Shown piece by piece: positions 55,760 to 64,000 of a stretch of 64,000 nt of DNA. A program made the position numbers and the translations under genes. The number at the start of each line of letters is the position of its first letter. Position 1 is the stretch's first letter. The notes below the pieces were generated by a model that saw only the letters and a program-made list of their open reading frames with translations, was not told the DNA's origin and ran no database searches. This DNA is from Terriglobia bacterium (GTDB lineage: Bacteria > Acidobacteriota > Terriglobia > JAJPHL01 > JAPKYU01). Location: the NCBI GenBank assembly GCA_965223005.1, contig CBDCVK010000002.1, positions 192,001 through 256,000 of the forward strand. Direction: 5' to 3'.

Positions 55760-56235
55760 AGCTGGAGCCGAACAGCAGGCCGCAGGTTGTGGTGAAGGGG
55801 GCGCAGACGATCACGGTGCCCGAGACCATTACGATTGCCACAGCACGACCGGGCATCTTTACCACCAACCAGCAGGGGACCGGGCAGGGAGCCATCCTGG
55901 ACGCGCAGGGGCGGCTGGTGGACAGCAATGCGGCTGTTGCTGTGGGGGACATTGTGCAGGTCCTTCGCCACGGGGTTGGGGATGACCCAGCCGGTGGTGC
56001 CTTCCGGGCAGGAGGCGCCTGGGGTGGAGCCACTGGCGCGGGTCACGGTTCCGGTAGAGCAACCGTGGACGGAAAGCCGGCTCCGGTCCATTTCGCCGGT
56101 CTGGCGCCGGGCTTTGTCGGTCTTTATCAGGTGAACGTGCAGATCCCCGAAGGTGTCACCGCCGGCACGTTTGTCCCGCTGGTCCTTTTCCAGCAAGGCG
56201 TGCCCAGCAACAGCGTCACTCTTGTCGTCAAGTAG
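55760..56235 (+). pseudogene. Orphan, frameshifted TIGR03437-type C-terminal fragment
   Basis: ELEPNSRPQVVV...PGIFTTNQQGTGQGAIL...GLAPGFVGLYQVN. Confidence 0.8.
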
Positions 56236-56252
56236 CCACTAAGAAACAGGCA

Positions 56253-56602
56253 ATGCAAGCGGAATCGCAACGTGTTTGGCGCCGCCGAGTTCTCTGCCTA
56301 CTCGCGTTCACTCTAAACTTATCGCTCATAACTCATCACTGCTTTTCTCAGGTCATCACCACGGTGGCCGGCAGCCAGTGGATCTTCCGTGGCGACGGCG
56401 GCCTGGGGCGGAATGCACCACTGGGAAAGATTTGGCAACTAGCCGTGGACGCCGGGGGCAACGTTTACGCGGCAGACATAGACAACCACATCGTAGTTCG
56501 GGTTGAGCCCAGCGGTATCCTGACTGTTGTAGCGGGAAACGGCTTTCGTGGCTTTTCGGGTGATGGAGGCGCGGCCACCAGCGCGTCCTTTAACAGGCCC
56601 AG
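56253..56602 (+). pseudogene. N-terminal fragment of an NHL-repeat secreted protein
   Basis: QVITTVAG, AVDAGGNVY, VAGNG..GFSGDGGAATSASFNRP, then it runs into the flank of site S7. Confidence 0.75.
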
Positions 56603-56665
56603 GGCGGAGGAACGGGGTTGGTTCCTCAGGAGTCGGTTAGCATTTGCCTATGCTGCCACGCAGCC

Positions 56666-56716
56666 CACTTGGATGTATAACGCGCTTATCGGAAACTGAC
56701 CTACTACCCTGGCGGG
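56666..56716 (-). repeat. Dyad site S7 (inverted; S3-type right half plus linker)
   Basis: CACTTGGATGTATAACGCGCTTATCGGAAACTGAC...CCCTGGCGGG. Confidence 0.85.
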
Positions 56717-56779
56717 AGCAGCACCACGCTTCGCCTCTAGGATTGCCGCGAATCCGATCCTGCACCGGCGGTGCAACTG

Positions 56780-57109
56780 CTATCCGTAGCCGCGAAGGAA
56801 CTTGCGACCGCGTTCTGCCAACTCTGAGGCATCTTCCACGAATTCCCGGCCCCGGTCCACCACCTCCCGGCCCCGGTCCACCACTTCCCGGCCGCGGTCG
56901 TAGAGTTCATGCCCCCGGTCGGAAACGAAGTCGCGCGCGTCCTCAGCCTTGTCGGAAGCGAAGTGTCGCGCTTTCTTGGCCTTCCTGGAAAGATAGCGGC
57001 ACGTGACGCGGCCCGAGCGGGGCGCGTACAGCATGGCCAATGGTACCCCGAAGCCGACCCCTGCCAGAAACCACCGGGCCCGGCGGCCACCTCTGTCCTT
57101 GTATTCCAC
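56780..57109 (-). CDS. YtxH domain protein with 21-bp tandem repeats (DRGREVV)
   Basis: WFLAGVGFG..LAMLYAPRSG; RBS before GTG 57109. Confidence 0.8.
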   Translation of the reverse strand: MEYKDRGGRRARWFLAGVGFGVPLAMLYAPRSGRVTCRYLSRKAKKARHFASDKAEDARDFVSDRGHELYDRGREVVDRGREVVDRGREFVEDASELAERGRKFLRGYG

Positions 57110-57676
57110 TGTCCTTTCTCCCTTCTGGTTTGTCCCGCGCGGCAAACAGCACCAACCCACGCCGCTCACTCTTATCTTGACGACGACAACCTACCAAAGC
57201 TCCAAAACACTTAAGTGGGGGTGGGCGACCTCCATCCCGCAACTGCCCTCACAGCACCCGGCTTGATGGTCCGAGCGCAGGTCCATCTCGTCGCAGCAGT
57301 GAATTTGACCCTTCTCCCTCTGGGCCTGCGCCCGGACTACCTCTGCTTGCATGTAAGCTGCCAGCTCTTTCTTTTCTGTAGACCTCGCGCCGTTTGTCCT
57401 GGCAACGGACGCAAAATCCCTTTGATTTCATAAGAATGCAATCAGCTTTCAAGAGGGAGGGAAGAGGTGAATTCTCTTACAGGCAAGGATGCAGGACGGT
57501 GGAAGAAGTGAAAAAGTTTTCCCAAGAGAGAACTTTTTCCAGACTGCGCTCGTGTGTAAGACAAGACGGCAGGCAGATCGCGCGGCATTATCTCGCTGTA
57601 GCGAAGCTGGTTTCTCCAAGACTTCTTCGATAGGTCCTCACTCGTCGGTTAGCGTTTGCCGATGCTGCCCCGCCGC

Positions 57677-57715
57677 CACTTGGACGTATAACGCGCGGCT
57701 CTTCTGGAAATGACC
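57677..57715 (-). repeat. Dyad site S8 (inverted, degenerate second arm)
   Basis: CACTTGGACGTATAACGCGC; shares the GGCAGCAT.GGCAAAC flank with S1, S3 and S7. Confidence 0.8.
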
Positions 57716-57905
57716 AGCTTCCCCGTTTCCAGCAGCGCCCCGGAACCTGGCCCTAGAACAGAGGTTTTACAGACCGCCCATGCGGCGGATCTCGTTGAAA
57801 CTCCGCTTCGGTGAGTGGCGAGACGGCAATCGGACGCATCTTCCCGCGGCGCCTTTGGGGTATTCTGAACTATGTTGTCAGCGTTGTCAGCACTGGAGAT
57901 CCCTA

Positions 57906-58820
57906 ATGTCGCTTCGGCCAATAAAGCGGCTCATCACGGCCAAGCCAACCCGCGAAGGCGCAGGTGTGAATCTGCGCCGGGCGTTCGGTTTCGGCAACAC
58001 GTCCGAGTTCGACCCGTTCCTGCTGCTCGACGACTTCCGGAATGAACGTCGGGAGGATTACCAAGCGGGATTCCCGTGGCATCCCCACCGAGGGATCGAG
58101 ACCATCACATACGTCCTCGCGGGAAGCGTCGACCACGGCGACAGCATGGGAAACCGCGGCATCATAGACGCAGGAGACGTTCAGTGGATGACCGCGGGAA
58201 GCGGCATCATTCACCAGGAGATGCCAAAGGGTGATCCAGGCGGCCGGATGCATGGTTTCCAGTTGTGGGCGAATCTTCCATCATCGCTCAAGATGACGAA
58301 ACCCCGTTATCAGGAGGTGAAGGCGACTGATATCCCCTTCATCAAGGATGATGACGGAACTGAAGTTCGTGTCATTTGCGGAAGTTTTTGGGGCGCGACC
58401 GGCCCAGTGGATGGGATCGCAGCCGACCCGATTTATCTAGATGTTTCCATTCCCCCCGGCAAGAGAAAGACATTCCCGGTCGAGACAACTCGACACGCCT
58501 TTGCCTATGTTTTTGGAGGGCTTGGTAAGTTCTGTAACGCTTCGGGTCCGCTTTCTGTGCCAACTGAAGGGGTCGGATGGGCTGATACAAAACCACCCTC
58601 GGAGGCTGCCAACCGCTCACTCGTGCTCTTTGACCGCGGTGACGAGCTTACGGTACAGGCTGGAGAAGACGGGATCCGGTTTCTCCTAGTCTCGGGAAAG
58701 CCCCTGGAGGAGCCCGTTGCATGGTACGGCCCGATCGTAATGAATACGCAGGAACAGCTTCGGCAGGCGTTCGAGGAACTCGACCGGGGGACGTTTCTGA
58801 AGGCGGAGCGACAGAGGTAG
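57906..58820 (+). CDS. Pirin family protein
   Basis: DPFLLLD, GFPWHPHRGIETITY, QWMTAGSGIIHQEMP, QLWANLP, GPIVMNT. Confidence 0.95.
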   Translation: MSLRPIKRLITAKPTREGAGVNLRRAFGFGNTSEFDPFLLLDDFRNERREDYQAGFPWHPHRGIETITYVLAGSVDHGDSMGNRGIIDAGDVQWMTAGSGIIHQEMPKGDPGGRMHGFQLWANLPSSLKMTKPRYQEVKATDIPFIKDDDGTEVRVICGSFWGATGPVDGIAADPIYLDVSIPPGKRKTFPVETTRHAFAYVFGGLGKFCNASGPLSVPTEGVGWADTKPPSEAANRSLVLFDRGDELTVQAGEDGIRFLLVSGKPLEEPVAWYGPIVMNTQEQLRQAFEELDRGTFLKAERQR

Positions 58821-58851
58821 GATAAATACCCGCCACCTCGCCCTTACCCAC

Positions 58852-58871
58852 CACTTGGCCATATAACGCCC
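58852..58871 (-). repeat. Half site S9, about 60 bp upstream of the recombinase start
   Basis: CACTTGGCCATATAACGCCC. Confidence 0.65.
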
Positions 58872-58933
58872 ATACCATCCTCGAACTCACCCGATTCCTA
58901 ATCTCAAGGCCAGCCGTCAGGAGGCGGCTGACC

Positions 58934-59881
58934 ATGAGAAGAAGATCACAAAGAGCTGGCAAGAAAGCAGCTCGACCGAAGGCGAAGCTTGGACTTCCGG
59001 ATCTGGATCAAGCCAAGGCAGCGGTGCTCTCTACACTACGCTCACCTGAGTCACAGCGCGGCTATCGGCACACCATCGACGAGTTCATTTGGTGGTACTG
59101 CTCGGAGCCCCGCCTGGTGCAGGCGCAAGGTACGGTGCAAGCCAACCCGACGGTGCCGGCCCTGTTTGCCGGCGGAGTAGTGAACGGGGCCAGCTTTGCT
59201 CCGGGCGAAGCGCTGGCGCCAGGCAGCATTGTGTCGGTGTTTGGGCTCAACTTGGCCAGCGGGTTGAATTTTGCTTCACAGGTGCCGCTAGAAACAACAC
59301 TGGGTGGTGCAACCATGAACATCGGAGGCGTGGAGGCACCCCTGTTCTTCACCAGCGACGGGCAGGTAAACGCGCAGATTCCGTTTGAGCTAGCCCCCAA
59401 CAGCCGGCCGCACGTGGTGGTACAGACGCGGCGCGATGGCAGCGGTCCGGAGGCAATCACGGTACCGGGGACCATCACGCTGGCCGGGGCGCGGCCAGGC
59501 ATCTTCACCACCAACCAGCAGGGGACCGGGCAGGGAGCAATCCTGGACGCGCAGGGGCAGCTGGTGGACGGCGCGGCGCCCGCTGCGGCGGGTGAAATTA
59601 TACAGGTGTTCTGCACCGGGCTGGGCGCCGTGAAGGAGCAGGTAGAGACGGGAGCCCCCGCGCCCTCGTTCAGCACCGTGCAACTGCCGGTGACGGTGAC
59701 CATCGGAGGGCTCGACGCCGCGATAGCCTACCAGGGGCTAGCGCCCGGCTTTGTGGGCCTCTACCAGGTGAACGCCGTCGTGCCCGCCGGCGTTGCGGCG
59801 GGCGGTGCGGTCCCGCTGGGCCTCACGCAGAACGGGATTGTGGCCAACCCGGGTCAGCCGGTCACCATCGCCGTCGAGTAG
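58934..59881 (+). CDS. Chimeric ORF: tyrosine recombinase N-terminus (about 60 aa) fused in frame to a TIGR03437-type domain
   Basis: KLGLPDLDQAKAAVLSTLRSPESQRGYRHTIDEFIWWYCSEPRL then VQAQGTV...VVNGASFA...GLAPGFVGLYQVN; RBS AGGAGG. Confidence 0.75.
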   Translation: MRRRSQRAGKKAARPKAKLGLPDLDQAKAAVLSTLRSPESQRGYRHTIDEFIWWYCSEPRLVQAQGTVQANPTVPALFAGGVVNGASFAPGEALAPGSIVSVFGLNLASGLNFASQVPLETTLGGATMNIGGVEAPLFFTSDGQVNAQIPFELAPNSRPHVVVQTRRDGSGPEAITVPGTITLAGARPGIFTTNQQGTGQGAILDAQGQLVDGAAPAAAGEIIQVFCTGLGAVKEQVETGAPAPSFSTVQLPVTVTIGGLDAAIAYQGLAPGFVGLYQVNAVVPAGVAAGGAVPLGLTQNGIVANPGQPVTIAVE

Positions 59882-60288
59882 CCTGCTTCGCCTCAAGATT
59901 CCCCGCGCGGGATAGTAGGGCGACTGGCCTACCGCACTGATCCGGTCCCAGTGGGAATTTCCGCTTGACGGAAATTGGGATTTGTCCTGCACGCTAGTTT
60001 GGATGCGGGAGCTACCCGGGGTCGTTCCTCCCTCTCCCCCCGGGTCTCCGCGCAGTCCCGCCTTCAGGGTGCCGCACCGACCTACCGATAGGTTCTTCTG
60101 AATCTCGGCGGCTACCCGGGAGCAGTCCGTCCCCCCTTCCCCTTGCCCCCTGTAGCTGTCTAGCTGAGCCTGGCCACTGAGGAGGCCGGATCGCCTCCTA
60201 GAATCGACAACACAGACGGGTGGACGGGTTTCTGAACTTTCCCTACCGGCTTCGGGTGGCAAGCACCAAGAACGAGTGATGGGGTTTG

Positions 60289-61224
60289 CTATTGGCAGAA
60301 CTTGAGCTGGACGGTCCCCATCTGGAGGATATCGTCGTTCCCCAAGACGACTGTCTCCTGATTTGCCATGCGCCGCCCGTTGATGACGGTGGCATTGGAA
60401 TCCTTGCTAGCCAGATTGACCAGCCGGAATTCACCGGCTTGCGCGGAGTAGACCAGGCGCGCCTGGCTCCGGATGACCGTGTTGGTCTTGTCCTTGATCC
60501 GGACTCCGTCGGTGACGTCCGGGCTTTCCCGACCGATTTCGACTTCGCCCATTCCGGATGGATCCGTTAAGTAGATCACCTCTGTTTCCTCTGTGCCGTT
60601 CCGCTCGTCCAGCACGATCAGCTTCGCCGGCAGAATCTTTGTGGTCCTGTACTCCGCTGGTTCCTCTGCCCGATCCTCCACCATGAGTGGCTTCGTCGGC
60701 AGAATCTTTCTGGTCTTGAATTCGGTGACATGCGAGCGGTCATCGACGCGGGGAGCATGACCGGCAAGGTGTGCAGCAGGAATAGGCGAAGGAGTTCTTA
60801 CGTAGCGGCGGTTTGGGACCGGAGAAGCTGGGGGTCTGCTTCCTCTCCATGCAATCACAAAGAGGATCAGCATCAAAGTCCCGGCAAGCGCCAGCCGTCT
60901 GCGCTTGTCCTGCTGTTTGCTGCCTGTGGATATGGGTTCGGTTTCCGCAGCCGCATGATGAATCTCACTAGATTCCGGATTCTTGATCGCCGTGCCAGTC
61001 ACGCTGATTGGTAATGGCTGGTTCGCAAAGCGGATTAGGGCGCTCCCTCCGTCTTTGAAATAGTCACGGGTCGCCTCGAAGCCGCGCTCTAACTTTTCGA
61101 TGGGGATAGCTGTCGGGGCATAGGGTCCGCTCGCTGACAGGCCTACGGCCGGTAAGCAAGCCAGTAGGGCAATAGCGCGGAGGATGCCTCTTCCACCAAC
61201 TCGTTCTTTGATCTTGTTTTCCAT
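60289..61224 (-). CDS. Membrane protein with C-terminal FHA domain
   Basis: IGRES, TVIRSQARL, NATVING...L..DDILQMG. Confidence 0.75.
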   Translation of the reverse strand: MENKIKERVGGRGILRAIALLACLPAVGLSASGPYAPTAIPIEKLERGFEATRDYFKDGGSALIRFANQPLPISVTGTAIKNPESSEIHHAAAETEPISTGSKQQDKRRRLALAGTLMLILFVIAWRGSRPPASPVPNRRYVRTPSPIPAAHLAGHAPRVDDRSHVTEFKTRKILPTKPLMVEDRAEEPAEYRTTKILPAKLIVLDERNGTEETEVIYLTDPSGMGEVEIGRESPDVTDGVRIKDKTNTVIRSQARLVYSAQAGEFRLVNLASKDSNATVINGRRMANQETVVLGNDDILQMGTVQLKFCQ

Positions 61225-61388
61225 AACAGCACCTAGTTAAGCGCAGCCGCCCCAAGCCTCCAATAGGCTAGTAGTTACATTTTGCCCGGTACTCGGTACT
61301 CTTGTACCAGCAGGGGCGCGCCCTACAGGTGGGAATCGGGGCTGCTAATACTTTCTCAAGCTGCCGTGATTCCCTGAAACGGCAAGAG

Positions 61389-62450
61389 TTAACTCGGAAT
61401 TGGCACATCGGTCCTTCCATGAAAATTCGCTCGAGCGGGGGCGCTTGCGCTTGGGGCCTCTACGGTCTCCGGCTCGGCCGGCCCGGTTGGCTTGTCGGCA
61501 AGAACCGCCTGCTCGGCACGATCCAAGAGCTGGCCGGGGGAGTCGCCAGGTTGATAGGCGGTCCACCCAGAAACAAAGCTGACTGGAATCTTCTCCGCAC
61601 GAAAGTCCACTTCCAGATCCGCCATGCGGGGAAGCGTGACCGGCACCTGCTCGGGTCTGCCTTCGGGGAACAACACCATGAACTCATCCTGGCCTGTGCG
61701 CGCGGCAAAATCCGAGTTTCGGATCGCTTTCTTGAGTTGTGCGCCAAAATGCTTCAGCACCAGATCGCCGGCCGAGCGTCCGTAGGAGTCGATGATCTGC
61801 GCGAAGTCCTTCAGATGCAGCGCCACCACGGTGAGTGAATTTTCCTCCCTCTGGGATCGGGCCAGCTCGGTAGATAGGTGCTCCTCGAGGAAGCTGCGGT
61901 TGTACAGTCCGGTGACGGGATCCAGCATCGCCAGCTGGTGAGAATCCTCGGTCCGGAATTTCAGGTTGAAGACCGAGTCAATCTGCTGGGACAGCAACAT
62001 CGAATCAACCTGCCGGGACAGCTCATGCCGGATTCGTCTGCTCACCAGCTGCTGGGCTACGGCATAGCCGCTGAAAAGCAGCACGATGGAAAACTGTGTC
62101 CAGAAGGGCGCTGAGGAGAGTGCAAGCACGGTCCCCATCAGCAGCAGCACCGCGAGGGCCGCTGACCAGACCCGCCAATCTCTCCGTTCCAGTTGCTGCA
62201 ACCTGTCTTGAATCGCCGACAGGCCAGCAATGGCATCCAGAGGAGACAAATGCTGATCCGACTCCGATGGCTCGCCTTCGGCCCCCTGGGGCCGGGGGGC
62301 AAACTGAGCGAAAGCCTCCTGTGGAAATGAGGCAGGGTTCGCAGGGGACACCACATCAGTAGTGACTAGGCTCATAGTAGCTCCTTCAACCAGACCGGCC
62401 TCGGTGGCCGGCAGGGTACTCAAGTTCGACATTGGGTTCGCATGGCTCAT
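61389..62450 (-). CDS. Membrane-anchored GGDEF-domain protein (degenerate GQDEF)
   Basis: DPVTGLYNR, YGRSAGDLVLK, RNSDFAARTGQDEF. Start inferred at ATG 62450. Confidence 0.85.
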   Translation of the reverse strand: MSHANPMSNLSTLPATEAGLVEGATMSLVTTDVVSPANPASFPQEAFAQFAPRPQGAEGEPSESDQHLSPLDAIAGLSAIQDRLQQLERRDWRVWSAALAVLLLMGTVLALSSAPFWTQFSIVLLFSGYAVAQQLVSRRIRHELSRQVDSMLLSQQIDSVFNLKFRTEDSHQLAMLDPVTGLYNRSFLEEHLSTELARSQREENSLTVVALHLKDFAQIIDSYGRSAGDLVLKHFGAQLKKAIRNSDFAARTGQDEFMVLFPEGRPEQVPVTLPRMADLEVDFRAEKIPVSFVSGWTAYQPGDSPGQLLDRAEQAVLADKPTGPAEPETVEAPSASAPARANFHGRTDVPIPS

Positions 62451-62793
62451 AACGTAAACCTCATTGGCGTAGATTTCAGTGCCATGGACTTGATCGCGCA
62501 CCTCACCGGGAGAATCCGCAGAAACTCCGGGAGGGGTCTGCGGGTCTTCTGTGCCGCAACCATCGCGCAAAACAGCGCCGCCATGGTCTGGGTCGTTTGA
62601 GTTCTTGTGCTGTCCATAACAGTGCCTAGTTAAGCGGAGCCGCAGCAAATGGCCAATAGCCCCACAGTTACATTTTGCTTGGTACTTTCGGACTAGCGGG
62701 CGCGCGCCCAGCAGGTGGGAATCGGGCCAAGCGAAGATTCCCCAAGTTATAGGCGATCACGCTCCACCACAGACGCACTTCAATTGCCCGGAT

Positions 62794-63120
62794 CTAGGGT
62801 TTCAGGAAAATGCCGAGCAGCTTGATGGCAACGCCCTTTTTGAGTGAGCCTTCGAGTTCCTGGACCCGTACGACTTCTGCATGCATGGGCCGTTCCATCG
62901 AGGGCTTTGATGGGTCGTAGGGGAATATAACCTCCATCTCCATGCCCGGCTTGTAATCGCCAAAAGCCTCAAAGAAGATTCCGTTGCGGGTCAGGTTCTT
63001 GACGGTCCCCACTTGCGAGGACTGGTAGGAACCCTTGAACTTGACCAGGATCTTGACCTCGTTGGTGACCCGATACCGTTGCCGCCGCTCGGGTCCCCCG
63101 TGTTTGGGCTTATCGGGCAT
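62794..63120 (-). CDS. PilZ domain protein
   Basis: ERRQRYR and NLTRNG motifs. Confidence 0.82.
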   Translation of the reverse strand: MPDKPKHGGPERRQRYRVTNEVKILVKFKGSYQSSQVGTVKNLTRNGIFFEAFGDYKPGMEMEVIFPYDPSKPSMERPMHAEVVRVQELEGSLKKGVAIKLLGIFLKP

Positions 63121-63341
63121 GGTCCTACACTAGCGAGGTGGGGCTATCTGCCATAATAGCAGCGCTTCACGCTTGGCGCGGCACAAAGGGGTCCGGACCT
63201 GGACATCACCACCGCGACAGGTGGAGGGGCCCAGGCGCGAGTTCGAGGGGCATCCTATGCAATCCTGGCTGGATCATAGGTAAACACTAGCCCGTTAGTG
63301 TGGACTATCGTCTTTGTGTGCTTCCCCGAAGGGAATCCAGG

Positions 63342-63375
63342 CACTTGTCCGGTATGCGCGTTATATGTCCAAGTG
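63342..63375 (+). repeat. Dyad site S10 (right half)
   Basis: CACTTGTCCGGTATGCGCGTTATATGTCCAAGTG; upstream GCTTCCCCGAAGG shared with S1. Confidence 0.85.
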
Positions 63376-63418
63376 CATTACTTCCGAGTGCGCCGTGACA
63401 CGAATCAGGGAATACGAC

Positions 63419-64000
63419 TCACGCTCCGAGCTCTGCGTCGACGACGGGGAGGCTGTCATCGACGATGTCGACCGCCAACTTCCCGCCCCGGGTGAGCGGA
63501 GCATTCGCCTCCCGCGGGATGAATCGCTCCGCCCGGCGCGAGCTCCGCGGCCCGCAGTAGTGCAGATCAATGGCGTCGTGCGCGCCAGCGTTCCGGACGA
63601 CATGGATGGTCTCTGCTTCGGAGATCTCGGTTATTGACGATGGGCCAAGCCTGCTCCGCTGGACGACACGGAGGCTTTCTTCGGCAGCGCGCTCGAACTC
63701 GGTGATCTCGATCGTGCCCTCGATGCGGCGGCACACGGCCGAGTAGTCATGGGAGTGGATGTGCGCGGTCGTGCCCGGGGTCCACAGGATGCCGACCAGC
63801 GACGAGCCCTGTTGCGCGCTCCGCCAGAAGGTGAGCCGCCGATAGTTGATGCCGCCTTGAATCGTACTTTGGCGTAGCGGCACCAGCTCGCCGATAGCCG
63901 GCTCGACCCGCGCGAGCGCGCGGCGGGCGACGCCGGCATCGAGGGCGCCGCCGCGGTCGAGCAGGTCGAAGAGCTCAACCATCTCCCGCACCGAGAGCGG
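63419..64000 (-). CDS. Cysteine dioxygenase-like cupin (5' end probably outside window)
   Basis: LWTPGTTAHIHSH, IHVVRN, DLHY. Confidence 0.7.
   Translation of the reverse strand, partial: PLSVREMVELFDLLDRGGALDAGVARRALARVEPAIGELVPLRQSTIQGGINYRRLTFWRSAQQGSSLVGILWTPGTTAHIHSHDYSAVCRRIEGTIEITEFERAAEESLRVVQRSRLGPSSITEISEAETIHVVRNAGAHDAIDLHYCGPRSSRRAERFIPREANAPLTRGGKLAVDIVDDSLPVVDAELGA

Noticed and set aside
61221-61343. c-di-GMP riboswitch
   Set aside because: I could not find the class I or class II consensus elements.

Overview
GC-rich bacterial DNA, most likely Acidobacteriota (inferred from several TIGR03437-type C-terminal domains, SBBP/NHL surface proteins and DUF1549/DUF1553-DUF1501 genes). 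Bases 1-18.6 kb look like backbone: a BamA/TamA-like OMP, ThiF/MoeB, rsmI, PilZ proteins, YyaL, MscS, a frameshifted SBBP-TIGR03437 protein, IolE-like, a receiver protein and a TonB-like protein. From tRNA-Arg(CCG) at 18611 onward the window is a stack of tRNA-anchored islands. The first is a 27-kb satellite-like element with integrase, regulator, excisionase, primase-helicase, an iteron origin and attR at 45810. It is followed by degenerate islands bounded by 3' halves of tRNA-Arg and initiator tRNA-Met. The main unexplained signal is about 10 copies of a conserved ~34-bp dyad site (CACTTGGACGTATA-N6-TATCCGGACAAGTG). In four places two copies pair into 95-104-bp palindromes with attC-like geometry, and the sites separate cargo gene blocks. 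Two sites sit next to remnants of a non-IntI tyrosine recombinase (PDLD[QH]AKAAVL). I interpret this as a candidate integron- or pdif-analogous cassette array. All protein calls are by motif recognition; no database search was run.
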